Below, in pieces: positions 8,941 through 17,752 of a stretch of 64,000 nt of DNA. Within the stretch, counting starts at the first letter, position 1, and every line of letters starts with the position of its first letter. Position numbers and translations under genes: made by a program. Origin of the DNA: Eubacteriales bacterium (GTDB lineage Bacteria; Bacillota; Clostridia; Oscillospirales; QAKW01); contig JAZKZG010000028.1 in assembly GCA_045612565.1 (NCBI GenBank), positions 714 through 64,713 on the forward strand, given 5' to 3'. The notes under the pieces are model-generated. The model was not told where the DNA came from. It searched no databases and saw only the letters and a program-made list of their open reading frames with translations.

Positions 8941-9300
8941 AAAAACGACTTCAGCCGAAGTCGTTTTTTAACTATAATATTATCTTGTTGCCATTTAGCA
9001 GGATTTGTGTCAATATAACCCCAAATTTTCAAATAATCGTATTTGTCACGGATACGAACGTTGCCACACAGTATAAGTATATCCCGATTTTCGAATATCA
9101 CGTGATACATTCATTTTTAAATATCCCACAGCCTTTGAAATGGTTGACCGACTTTGTTGATTGTTAATGACAATCAACAAATGAACGTGATTTTGCAATC
9201 ACTTTTACAAATCACAACTTCGCCGCCCTTGCAAAAAAGGAATGTAAAAAGGTAATAACCCTATAAAAAAGACGATGAGCAAAAACTCATCGTCTTTTTA
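8941..9300 (-). mobile_element. decayed IS200/IS605-type (RayT-like Y1 HUH transposase) element bounded by two hairpins
   Basis: Hairpins lie at 8941-8968 (AAAAACGACTTC/GAAGTCGTTTTT) and 9269-9296 (AAGACGATGAG/CTCATCGTCTT), flanking the transposase relic at 8975-9198. Confidence 0.5.
8975..9198 (-). pseudogene. Y1 (HUH) transposase relic, N-terminally truncated and frameshifted
   Basis: One reverse-strand frame reads NHVHLLIVINNQQSRSTISKAVGYLKMNVSRDIRKSGYTYTVWQRSYP*, with the HUH motif HVHLLI at about 9181-9192. After a 1-nt shift near 9050 the next frame reads IRDKYDYLKIWGYIDTNPAKWQQD. A TGA lies 2 codons upstream of NHVH. Confidence 0.6.
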
Positions 9301-9442
9301 AGAGAGAAAATTTATGAAAAACAATGTTTTACATTGCGGATATATAATAACACATTAATGTTAAAATTATATTAATAAAGTTTGCATTTTTAATTAAATG
9401 TGATATACTACTTTATGCAAATATATTTAGGAGATGATTTTA

Positions 9443-10264
9443 ATGGCAGAAAACTGCACACACAACTGTTCAACCTGCGGCGAAGACTGTGCATCACGCA
9501 AAAAAGAAAGTCTTTTGGAAAAACCGCACGAACTGTCTAACATAAAAAAGGTAATCGGTGTTGTTTCGGGCAAAGGCGGCGTTGGCAAAAGCCTTACAAC
9601 CGCTATGCTTGCTGTAACAATGGCACGTAGAGGCTTTAAAACGGCAATCCTTGACGCCGATATCACAGGCCCCTCAATCCCCAAACTCTTTGGTATTAAC
9701 CAAAAAGCAGAAGGTGACGGCACCGCAATTTATCCCGTACCGTCAAAATCAGGCATCAAGCTTATGTCAATCAACCTGCTTTTGCAAAACGACGATGACC
9801 CTGTTGTATGGCGCGGTCCCGTTATTGCAGGTGCTGTAAAGCAGTTCTGGACCGACGTTGTCTGGGGCGATGTTGACTATATGTTTGTGGATATGCCTCC
9901 CGGCACAGGCGACGTTCCGCTCACCGTTTTCCAGAGCCTTCCCGTTGACGGCATCGTTGTAGTAACTTCACCTCAGGATCTTGTTTCGATGATTGTTACA
10001 AAGGCTGTTAAGATGGCAGGTCTTATGAACATTCCGATTCTTGGTGTTATTGAAAACTACAGTTATCTCGAATGTCCCGACTGCAAAAAGAAAATTGAAG
10101 TATTCGGTAAAAGCCACATTGACGAGATTGCAAAACGCTTTGACCTTGATGTACTCGCAAAAATGCCGATAAACCCCGACTACGCATCGCTTTGCGACAA
10201 GGGTCTTATTGAGCTCTTTGAGGGTGACTTTATGGAAGGCGCTTGTGACATACTCGAAAAATAA
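9443..10264 (+). CDS. Mrp/NBP35 (ApbC-like) iron-sulfur cluster carrier ATPase
   Basis: MAENCTHNCSTCGEDC is the Cys-rich N-terminus, followed by the deviant Walker A GKGGVGKS and CPDC. ATG 9443 is preferred over 9434 because of RBS AGGAG spacing. Confidence 0.85.
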   Translation: MAENCTHNCSTCGEDCASRKKESLLEKPHELSNIKKVIGVVSGKGGVGKSLTTAMLAVTMARRGFKTAILDADITGPSIPKLFGINQKAEGDGTAIYPVPSKSGIKLMSINLLLQNDDDPVVWRGPVIAGAVKQFWTDVVWGDVDYMFVDMPPGTGDVPLTVFQSLPVDGIVVVTSPQDLVSMIVTKAVKMAGLMNIPILGVIENYSYLECPDCKKKIEVFGKSHIDEIAKRFDLDVLAKMPINPDYASLCDKGLIELFEGDFMEGACDILEK

Positions 10265-10290
10265 TTGAATATACTGATATCGGTGATGAT

Positions 10291-10587
10291 ATGAAAAGTT
10301 TTTGCTTTACCGAACTTTGCAAAAAAGAAGTTATCTGCGAATCTGACGGAAAAAAGCTCGGATATCCTACCGATATTGAAATTGACGCAAAATGCGACAC
10401 ACTCAAGTCGATTTTACTTGCACAGCGCTCGGTTTTTGGTATGATATCGGGCAAAGCCTGTATAAAAATACCGTGGTGCGACGTTGTGCGGATTGGTTGC
10501 GACGTTATATGGGTGTGTGGCAACTATTGCGGAAAGGAACACAAAAATGAACGAGATAAAAAATCAGGCTGTAGCTGTTGCGACTGA
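10291..10587 (+). CDS. YlmC/YmxH family sporulation protein (PRC-barrel)
   Basis: LCKKEVICESDGKKLGYPTDIEID...IKIPWCDVVRIGCDVIWV matches the YlmC/YmxH pattern. The 3' end overlaps the next gene. Confidence 0.7.
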   Translation: MKSFCFTELCKKEVICESDGKKLGYPTDIEIDAKCDTLKSILLAQRSVFGMISGKACIKIPWCDVVRIGCDVIWVCGNYCGKEHKNERDKKSGCSCCD

Positions 10588-11092
10588 ATTTTTAGAAAAA
10601 GTTAAACTCAACACAGGCGACATTGTGGTGATTGGCTGTTCGTCAAGTGAAATTGTAGGCGGTAATATCGGCAAAAACTCGTCTGCCGAGGTTGGCGATG
10701 TTGTTTTTAAAGCAATTCACGAGGTTTTCTCTGAAAAGGGAATATATGTTGCGGCACAGTGCTGTGAGCATTTAAACCGTGCAATCATAATTGAACGCGC
10801 GGCGGCAAACAAAGACGATATTGTAAACGTTGTACCGTTTCCCAAAGCGGGAGGCTCGTTTGCAACAGCGGCATACGCTACGTTAAAAGACCCCGTTGCA
10901 GTTGAAACTATCAAAGCCGATGCGGGTATTGACATTGGTGACACACTTATTGGTATGCATCTGCGCGCTGTTGCAGTACCGGTTCGTCTTGACACCAAAA
11001 AAATAGGTGAGGCAAATATTGTTTGCGCACGTACCCGACCAAAACTCATTGGCGGCGAACGCGCACACTATGACGAAAACTTATTAGGATAA
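10547..11092 (+). CDS. TIGR01440/DUF436 family protein
   Basis: MNEIKNQAVAVATEFLEKVKLNTGDIVVIGCSSSEIVGG...AAQCCEHLNRAII. ATG 10547 follows RBS GGAAAGGAA. Confidence 0.75.
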   Translation: MNEIKNQAVAVATEFLEKVKLNTGDIVVIGCSSSEIVGGNIGKNSSAEVGDVVFKAIHEVFSEKGIYVAAQCCEHLNRAIIIERAAANKDDIVNVVPFPKAGGSFATAAYATLKDPVAVETIKADAGIDIGDTLIGMHLRAVAVPVRLDTKKIGEANIVCARTRPKLIGGERAHYDENLLG

Positions 11093-11104
11093 AAATTGTA
11101 TAAA

Positions 11105-11137
11105 TAAAAAGCAGGTTCTTTTTGAACCTGCTTTTTA
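11105..11137. terminator. bidirectional intrinsic terminator
   Basis: AAAAAGCAGGTTC-ttttt-GAACCTGCTTTTT. Confidence 0.85.
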
Positions 11138-11650
11138 TTATTCGATTACTGTAAACGCTTTATCAAAAGGTTTGCGGTCGGTATGACGGGGAGAGGGCTT
11201 AGCTTTATCCGAAGTATATCCCACCATAATAAGACAGGCAGGAACTTCATTTTGAGGTAAATCAAGAAGTTTTCTTATGCCGTCTTTATCAAAAAGGCAC
11301 ACCCAACAAGTACCGAGTCCCTCGTTTGTTGCGGCAAGCATAATGTGTGTTGCGGCAATCGACGCATCCATCTCTCCGCGCATATCACCATCGTCGCTTT
11401 TCCAACACTCATCAGTGTTGTAACATACAGCGAACACAGCAGTAGCACCGTAACGGCTGGGAGATAAATCATCAATCTTTTTGAGCAATTCTTCGTTTGT
11501 AATCACATAAGTGTGAACAGGCTGCATATTTTTTGCAGTAGGTGCAGTATGTGCAATCTCCATAATGTTCTGAAGTTTTTGCTTTTCAACCGCAATATTT
11601 GCAAAGTCGCGCACTGACCAACGTGATTTTATAACATTTAAAAAATTCAT
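11138..11650 (-). CDS. nitroreductase family protein
   Basis: 170 aa. RWSVRDF...AHTAPTAKNMQP is a typical nitroreductase N-terminal motif. Confidence 0.8.
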   Translation of the reverse strand: MNFLNVIKSRWSVRDFANIAVEKQKLQNIMEIAHTAPTAKNMQPVHTYVITNEELLKKIDDLSPSRYGATAVFAVCYNTDECWKSDDGDMRGEMDASIAATHIMLAATNEGLGTCWVCLFDKDGIRKLLDLPQNEVPACLIMVGYTSDKAKPSPRHTDRKPFDKAFTVIE

Positions 11651-11654
11651 AATA

Positions 11655-12707
11655 TTACTCCTTTGAAAATCTGTATTTCATTCCACTATTTATAATACAA
11701 ACCCAACTGTTGCCGGGGTTGTAGGCAACGGGATTTCCGTTTGCATCGGTAAATTTAAAGCGGTCAGCGGTTGCGCCCTTTGTCCACTTTATTTCCTGGA
11801 AGGTGCCGTTTGAAAAATAGTATCCGTCGCCGCCATCAAGTGAGATGTTTACACGGTAGCCGTTTTCAAAATGTTTTACATTTGTAAAAAGCACCACAAC
11901 GTTTTTAACGCTGAGTTCTTTGCCGCTTCGCCAGTCTTTGTGACCTTCTTTTACATAGCGGTCAGTTGCCGAATCATACTTGAATGTACTTGTGTAATCA
12001 CCCGAAAAACATGCAGTGATTTTGGTGGCGGCACCGCCGGGGAGCGCCTTTGTGCTTTCGTTAAAGTTTTGCCAGTTACCCGCGTGAGTATCTTTAACAG
12101 TTGAGCGGATAGAGTTATCGGCAATCATCTTTGCAAGGCTGTCGCCCTTGATGTAAAGAGTGTGTTCAAGAGCCATTCCGTTATCAAGTCGGTATGCATA
12201 ACCGTAATAGTTGTTCAAAAGAAGATTTTTGTTGTCGATACCAAGGCTTTTCATATACGGTGCGCAGTAAGTAGGGTCGAGGCCTGCGTGTACATACAGC
12301 GAATCGTCGCCGTTGGCGATGTCAACAAAGTTATAACGTGCCGAGCGGATTGTACCGATCTCGCCGATTTTGGAAATATCTTTATAAACGGCAAGTAATC
12401 GGGTTATTCCGCCCTCAACGTATGATTCGTAAATAATATCGGCTTTTTCAAGTCCTGTCTGCACCCTTTGCGCATTAAGTTGGTTATTTACAGAAAGAGC
12501 AACAGGGCGAAGTTTGGTTTGTTCTTCTGTTTCAAGCGTGTATTCACCTGTGAGAGGATTCATAATACCTTTGGGCTGTGTCTCAGTAACCGGAGTCTCC
12601 TCTGTCTGTGGGGTTTCGGGTGGGGGTGTTTGTGCCTTGGGTTTTGAACAGGCACAAAGCAAAATCATTATTACTGTTAAGATTGCTGTTATCCTTAATT
12701 TTTTCAT
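11655..12707 (-). CDS. DUF3048 domain lipoprotein (YerB-like)
   Basis: Lipobox LLCAC. RPVALSVNNQLNAQRVQTGLEKADIIYESYVEGGITRLLAVY matches the DUF3048 signature as I recall it. Confidence 0.75.
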   Translation of the reverse strand: MKKLRITAILTVIMILLCACSKPKAQTPPPETPQTEETPVTETQPKGIMNPLTGEYTLETEEQTKLRPVALSVNNQLNAQRVQTGLEKADIIYESYVEGGITRLLAVYKDISKIGEIGTIRSARYNFVDIANGDDSLYVHAGLDPTYCAPYMKSLGIDNKNLLLNNYYGYAYRLDNGMALEHTLYIKGDSLAKMIADNSIRSTVKDTHAGNWQNFNESTKALPGGAATKITACFSGDYTSTFKYDSATDRYVKEGHKDWRSGKELSVKNVVVLFTNVKHFENGYRVNISLDGGDGYYFSNGTFQEIKWTKGATADRFKFTDANGNPVAYNPGNSWVCIINSGMKYRFSKE

Positions 12708-12715
12708 AAAAACTC

Positions 12716-13417
12716 CTAAATAGATGGCATCGCATAGACGATGTTTTCGATTTTTGATAGTTCTTCGAGAACATTTTTTTGTGTCATTTTAGAGGGAATT
12801 CGCACAGTTACCTCAATACCTGCATTACCCGAAATACCCGAGCGCGGAACAGTAACCTGTGCATCGTGGGCGTTGAAGTTTGTTTCGATGATATCAACAA
12901 TCGGCATTATTGCATTAACGTCATTAAGTTCTATGTAAATTCTAAACTTTCTGCTCTTTTTGATAATGTGCGAATCAAAGCCCGTAAGAAGCGTCATTGT
13001 AAAAATTGTCAGAAATGAAGCAATAATCGCACCCTCATAAAAGCCTGAGCCAATTGCAAGGCCGATAATGGCGGTTGCCCAGAGTCCTGCGGCGGTTGTA
13101 AGACCCGTAACCTGAAATCTACCCTTTGAAATGATGGTGCCCATACCAAGAAATGATATGCCCGATACAACCTGTGCACCAATACGCATCGGGTCTGCCC
13201 ACGACACGCCGAGTACCTTTACGTTATACCAACCAAGTAGTGTTGTTATTGCGGCACCAAGGCACACCATAATGTGCGTTCTAAGTCCTGCGGTTCTTCC
13301 GTGGCGCTCACGCTCAAAACCGATAAGTCCACCGCATACCGTTGCTAGTACCAAACGGATTATAACCGTTGTGATATTAAAATCTCGCAAATATTCTAAA
13401 ATCTGTGAAAAATTCAT
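12716..13417 (-). CDS. MgtC/SapB family membrane protein
   Basis: 233 aa with N-terminal TM bundle GGLIGFERERHGRTAGLRTHILV-like motif and a C-terminal ACT-like domain. Confidence 0.85.
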   Translation of the reverse strand: MNFSQILEYLRDFNITTVIIRLVLATVCGGLIGFERERHGRTAGLRTHIMVCLGAAITTLLGWYNVKVLGVSWADPMRIGAQVVSGISFLGMGTIISKGRFQVTGLTTAAGLWATAIIGLAIGSGFYEGAIIASFLTIFTMTLLTGFDSHIIKKSRKFRIYIELNDVNAIMPIVDIIETNFNAHDAQVTVPRSGISGNAGIEVTVRIPSKMTQKNVLEELSKIENIVYAMPSI

Positions 13418-13438
13418 ATTACCAACCTATACTAAAAT

Positions 13439-14140
13439 TTACTTTGGAAAATATTCAAGAGTTGCTTTTTGTTTGGGGTCTTTTATATATCCCGATTCTC
13501 GCATAGACTTATAACTGTTTTCACAAAAAATAATATGGTCAACAAGTTTTAAATCTAGTTCAATCAAAAATTGGTTAAACTTGTTTGTTATTACCGTATC
13601 CTCTGCCGACGGCAAAACCGAGCCGTTATGGTTGTGCGAAATAATTACACCGGTTGCCTTGTACCTGATAATAAGTTCCATTAGTTTTTTAAAGTCAAAC
13701 GGTACGTGGTCAAAACTGCCTTCACCCAGTTTTTGAGTGTGAATATGTCTATACTGTGCGTTTACAAGCACAGCATAAACCATCTCTGACTGCGCTCCCA
13801 CAAAATACGGTCTTAAATAATCAACTATTTCATCCGTTTGCACGAGTCTGCGACGGCTCTCGGAACTGTTTTGACGAAGGATATTAAAAACAAGTGCGCG
13901 AGTTAACTTTAGTATTCGTGCGCCACTCTCACCAACACCCATAATCTGACGTAAATCGTTATACGGTGTATTACATATATCAAACAGTGAGCCATATCTG
14001 AGAATCAATTCATCCGCCGCCTTTTTGGAAGGGTAGCCCGGGATTATGTCATAAAGCAGCATTGTCAACATCTCGGAGTCGCTGTACTCCGCACCCAGAT
14101 CAATTGCTTTTATTCTTGATACAATTTCTTGTTCTGTCAT
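13439..14140 (-). CDS. radC: RadC-like JAB/MPN domain protein
   Basis: 233 aa with variant JAMM motif SHNHNGSVLPSAEDTVIT. The start overlaps the HAD stop (TGATG). Confidence 0.8.
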   Translation of the reverse strand: MTEQEIVSRIKAIDLGAEYSDSEMLTMLLYDIIPGYPSKKAADELILRYGSLFDICNTPYNDLRQIMGVGESGARILKLTRALVFNILRQNSSESRRRLVQTDEIVDYLRPYFVGAQSEMVYAVLVNAQYRHIHTQKLGEGSFDHVPFDFKKLMELIIRYKATGVIISHNHNGSVLPSAEDTVITNKFNQFLIELDLKLVDHIIFCENSYKSMRESGYIKDPKQKATLEYFPK

Positions 14141-14916
14141 CAGTTATCAATTACGTCTTTTACGCCGTCAAGAATATACTTAGGGCGGTATGGGAAGTTT
14201 TTAACATCTTCGCGCGCGGTAACACCGGTCAGCACCAAAACCGTGTCTATTTCCGACTCAATACCTGCAATAATATCAGTATCCATACGGTCGCCGATAA
14301 TTGCAATCTCATCTTCGTCACAGTCAAGGATATTAAGCGCACTGCGCATCATAAGCGGATTCGGTTTACCAAGGAAATATGCCTGTTTGCCTGTTGCAAT
14401 CTCGACAGGTGACACAAGCGCACGACAGGCGGGTTCAATGACGCCACCCTCTGCGGGACCCGTTGCGTCGGGATTGGTGCCGATAAGTTTTGCTCCGCCT
14501 TTTACAAGACGAACTGCCTTGCAGATGTTTGCAAAGTTATAGTTTGCGGTCTCACCGATTACAACATAGTCGGGGTTGACATCGTTCATTGTAATACCCT
14601 CGTTATATAACGCGTTTATAAGACCTGCTTCGCCGATTACATAAGCGGTACAGCCCGGCTTTTGTTTTGCAAGATATGCCGCAGTTGAAATGCCCGAGGT
14701 GTAAAAATGCGACTCATCAATTTCAAGACCCATTCTGTAAAGTTTTTGCGCAAGTTCTTTTGGAGAACGTCCCGAGTTATTTGTTAAAAACAAACACTTT
14801 TTGTTGTTTTGTTTAAGCCAATCGATAAACTCGGTCACACCCGGCAAAAGTTCGTTGCCGTGATATATAACACCGTCCATATCGCATATAAAGCCTTTTT
14901 TATCTTTAAGGTTCAT
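14140..14916 (-). CDS. HAD-IIA family sugar-phosphatase (NagD-like)
   Basis: 258 aa with FICDMDGVIYHG (DxDG motif I) and IIGDRMDTDI (motif IV). Confidence 0.85.
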   Translation of the reverse strand: MNLKDKKGFICDMDGVIYHGNELLPGVTEFIDWLKQNNKKCLFLTNNSGRSPKELAQKLYRMGLEIDESHFYTSGISTAAYLAKQKPGCTAYVIGEAGLINALYNEGITMNDVNPDYVVIGETANYNFANICKAVRLVKGGAKLIGTNPDATGPAEGGVIEPACRALVSPVEIATGKQAYFLGKPNPLMMRSALNILDCDEDEIAIIGDRMDTDIIAGIESEIDTVLVLTGVTAREDVKNFPYRPKYILDGVKDVIDN

Positions 14917-15049
14917 AAAAAATCACCTCTCTACAATATTAGTTTATAAAAATATTATATCCTTATGCCAATGCTTTGTCAATTAAACTATTGTAATGAA
15001 CGGTTGATTATGTTAAAATATAAACAAATAACTAAAGGAAGTGTAAAAA

Positions 15050-15679
15050 ATGTCAAACGTTACTGTATTTGACCATCCGCTTATTCAACACAAAATCACT
15101 GTTCTTCGCGATATAAACACAACATCAAAACAATTCCGCGAACTTGTAGAAGAAATCACGATGCTTATGTGTTATGAATCGCTCCGCGATTTGCCCCTTA
15201 CAAAAACTACCGTTACAACACCCATTACCACAACCGAGTCAAACGTTATTGCAGGCGTAAAACTCGCCGTTGTACCGATACTCCGTGCGGGTCTTGGTAT
15301 GGTAAACGGTGTTTTGAATCTTGTTCCTTCAGCACGTGTGGGTCATATCGGTATGTACCGCGACGAAGAAACTTTAATTCCCCACGAATATTACTGCAAA
15401 CTCCCTAAAAATATTGATAAGCGTCTTATAATGGTTACCGACCCGATGCTTGCAACAGGCGGCTCGGCAATCGATGCAATCACTCGCATAAAAGAGTACG
15501 GCGGAAAAAACATCAAATTTATGTGCCTTATTGCCGCACCCGAAGGCATCAAAGCACTCACTGAGGCACACCCCGATGTGCAGGTTTATTGTGCTTGTGT
15601 TGACGAGCGTCTTAACGAGGTAGGTTACATTGTTCCGGGTCTTGGTGATGCCGGTGACAGAATATTCGGCACAAAATAG
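15050..15679 (+). CDS. upp: uracil phosphoribosyltransferase
   Basis: 209 aa. [16 protein letters not shown]...[10 protein letters not shown]...DPMLATGGS...[17 protein letters not shown] is canonical Upp. Confidence 0.95.
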   Translation: MSNVTVFDHPLIQHKITVLRDINTTSKQFRELVEEITMLMCYESLRDLPLTKTTVTTPITTTESNVIAGVKLAVVPILRAGLGMVNGVLNLVPSARVGHIGMYRDEETLIPHEYYCKLPKNIDKRLIMVTDPMLATGGSAIDAITRIKEYGGKNIKFMCLIAAPEGIKALTEAHPDVQVYCACVDERLNEVGYIVPGLGDAGDRIFGTK

Positions 15680-15692
15680 TTTAAGTTTATAT

Positions 15693-15726
15693 AAAAAAAT
15701 CAGGTTCCGAAGAACCTGATTTTTTG
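15693..15726. terminator. bidirectional intrinsic terminator
   Basis: AAAAAAATCAGGTTC-cgaa-GAACCTGATTTTTT. Confidence 0.85.
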
Positions 15727-15732
15727 TTTTAT

Positions 15733-17589
15733 TTAGTTGCCGTATTTCATCACTTCAACAAGGTCTTTTGATGCCTCATTTGCATATTTTTCAGCCTCGG
15801 TCTTAACGTTGTATGCAGCATTTCCTCTAAGTGCAGCAACAAGATTGCCGTACTCGTGATACGGAACAGAACCTGTTGCAGAATATACAACGTGCTGTGT
15901 TACAAAGTCAAAGAACTGTTTTCTTTGTTTGTAGTTAAAGTTGTAATATTCAAATGTATTGAGGTTATCAAAGTATGTTTCAGTAAATCTGGTTGCCCAC
16001 AGTTCCATAAACTTAAGAGCAAGTGGCTCGTTATCGGGTTTGATTGTCTTTCTGGGAAGTACCATACCAAAACCATAGTACTGACAGGTTTCTTTACCTG
16101 TTTCGGTGTTTGCCTTGGGGAAAGGCACCCAGTTTATCTGAATATGCTTTGAGTATTCAGTATCGCGGTATACCTGTGTATACATTGTTGCCGACATAAG
16201 AGTTGTTCCGAGATAAAGGCCGATATGCTCTTTCTGTCCGCCTGCAGCACTGCTTGACCATTCACCTGACTGCTGATAATTTACAACCTGATTAACACTT
16301 GCAATAAACTCCCAAGAAGCAATTACCTGCGGGTCATCCCAGTTATTAACTATTGTGGGAACTTTTGCTTCGGTATCGATTTGTAAACCCGGTTTGCCGT
16401 TGGTCGAGTCCCAGGAATACGGGATATTTGTACCAAAGCAGGTCCAAGTTACAAGTGCATTACCGTCTTTTGTGGTCTTGGGTGCCGACATAAGATATCT
16501 CTTAAAGCTGTCCCAGTCCCATTTACCTTTTTCCCACATAATGTGCGGGTCTGAAAGTCCGAGTTCCTGATTGAGTGTCTGGTTATACCACAGCATATCA
16601 ACAACACCGATAGGTGCAATAAGACGGAGTGTGTTACCCCATTTACACATATCCATTGTTGTTTTACAAACACCTGGTGATGAACCAAGTTTGTTGATAT
16701 TAACAAGAGATGTAATTGATTTTGAAATACAAAGTGCCTGGGGGCAAAGAACAGCGTGGTTTGTATAAATAACATCGCACTGTTTACCCGCATTCATATA
16801 CTGAAGCGCACCGTTAATTGATGCTTCGTGCTGTTTTACAGTGTATTTGATTGTAAGGCCGATTTCGTCTTTTAAGTCTTTAAACCACTGCCACTCGTTA
16901 ATTGTCTCACCTTTTTTATTGCGGTATGACCATGCTGCAAAGCTGTCAGCTGTAAAGAACTGAAGTTTTACACCACGGAGGTCAGCAATTTTTGTACCTG
17001 CACGAACAAAGCCTGTGTCATCAATGTTAAACGAAGGCATTGCCTCGCGGTTTACCTGACGGTCACGGTTGATGAGCGGGTTCTGGTCAAAGTTATATTT
17101 TGACTGTTCTGTAGCAAAACGCTCTGATTTTTCAAGACCCTGTTCTTCATCGGGGATAAAGCCGTTGTCATTGGTTACGGCGCCGATAATACGGTCTTCA
17201 TCGTCAGTCTGATGGTTACCTGTCTGGATAACATTACCTTCTGCATCTTCTTTGTAAGAACCTGCGCCCTCGCCTTTTTGTTCGGCGTTTTCAATTGCCT
17301 CCTGCTTATCTTGTGCAGTAGGTTGTTTTTCGGGCTTTTTGTCCTCTTCTTTTTTATTTTCGTCTTTTTTGTTTTCGTCTTTTTTGTTTTCGTCTTTATC
17401 TTGCTTAGCACCTTCGTCTTTTTGTTCTTCATCGTCGGTGTCTTCGGTATTGTTTTCGGTGATGCCCTCATCTTCGGTTTCAACAACCGCTTCTTCGTCG
17501 TCGGCCTCTTTTTTCTTACAGGATACCGTAAGTGTACCAAGCATTAAAAGAATGAGAAAAATTGCAAGTAATCTGCTTATTTTTTTCAT
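15733..17589 (-). CDS. orphan solute-binding-protein-like lipoprotein, paralog A (acidic/lysine-rich linker)
   Basis: 618 aa with signal peptide plus Cys (LGTLTVSCKK), a KDENKK-repeat linker, and a C-terminal roughly 450-aa body resembling family-1 extracellular solute-binding proteins. No permease gene is adjacent. Confidence 0.7.
   Translation of the reverse strand: MKKISRLLAIFLILLMLGTLTVSCKKKEADDEEAVVETEDEGITENNTEDTDDEEQKDEGAKQDKDENKKDENKKDENKKEEDKKPEKQPTAQDKQEAIENAEQKGEGAGSYKEDAEGNVIQTGNHQTDDEDRIIGAVTNDNGFIPDEEQGLEKSERFATEQSKYNFDQNPLINRDRQVNREAMPSFNIDDTGFVRAGTKIADLRGVKLQFFTADSFAAWSYRNKKGETINEWQWFKDLKDEIGLTIKYTVKQHEASINGALQYMNAGKQCDVIYTNHAVLCPQALCISKSITSLVNINKLGSSPGVCKTTMDMCKWGNTLRLIAPIGVVDMLWYNQTLNQELGLSDPHIMWEKGKWDWDSFKRYLMSAPKTTKDGNALVTWTCFGTNIPYSWDSTNGKPGLQIDTEAKVPTIVNNWDDPQVIASWEFIASVNQVVNYQQSGEWSSSAAGGQKEHIGLYLGTTLMSATMYTQVYRDTEYSKHIQINWVPFPKANTETGKETCQYYGFGMVLPRKTIKPDNEPLALKFMELWATRFTETYFDNLNTFEYYNFNYKQRKQFFDFVTQHVVYSATGSVPYHEYGNLVAALRGNAAYNVKTEAEKYANEASKDLVEVMKYGN
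17357..17399 (-). repeat. 15-bp in-frame tandem repeat (about 2.9 copies) encoding KKDEN units
   Basis: The unit TTTTCGTCTTTTTTG occurs at 17357-17371 and 17372-17386, with a partial third copy. Confidence 0.9.
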
Positions 17590-17710
17590 AAAAGCACTCG
17601 CTCCTTTTTATATAACCTATATTTATTTAATTATATCATCATAAACACACACGTTTCAACACAAAAAATTTTTTTGTTGCATTATACAATTGAAACAATA
17701 ATTTTTTATA

Positions 17711-17741
17711 CAAAAAAACGAGGGATTTTATAATCCCTCGT
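17711..17741 (-). terminator. intrinsic terminator of paralog B
   Basis: Reverse strand: ACGAGGGATT-ataa-AATCCCTCGT followed by TTTTTTT. Confidence 0.8.
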
Positions 17742-17752
17742 TTAACTGTTTA

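Noticed and set aside
8883-9110. Upstream 76 codons of track ORF 8121-9110, read as part of the amidohydrolase.
   Set aside because: The frame reads straight through a terminator hairpin (8941-8968) and a transposase relic. RBS GAGGTG plus TTG at 8882 gives the typical MxIFDFHMH amidohydrolase start.
9314-9358. 14-codon ORF MKNNVLHCGYIITH* after the 9269-9296 hairpin.
   Set aside because: It is too short, has only a weak purine-rich pseudo-RBS, and no supporting feature.
17175-17644. K/T-rich and F/S-rich alternative-frame ORFs over the linker regions of both lipoprotein paralogs (also 19066-19634).
   Set aside because: They are low-complexity artefacts of the A/T-rich 15-bp repeat region. 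The lipoprotein frame has a signal peptide and a conserved paralog.
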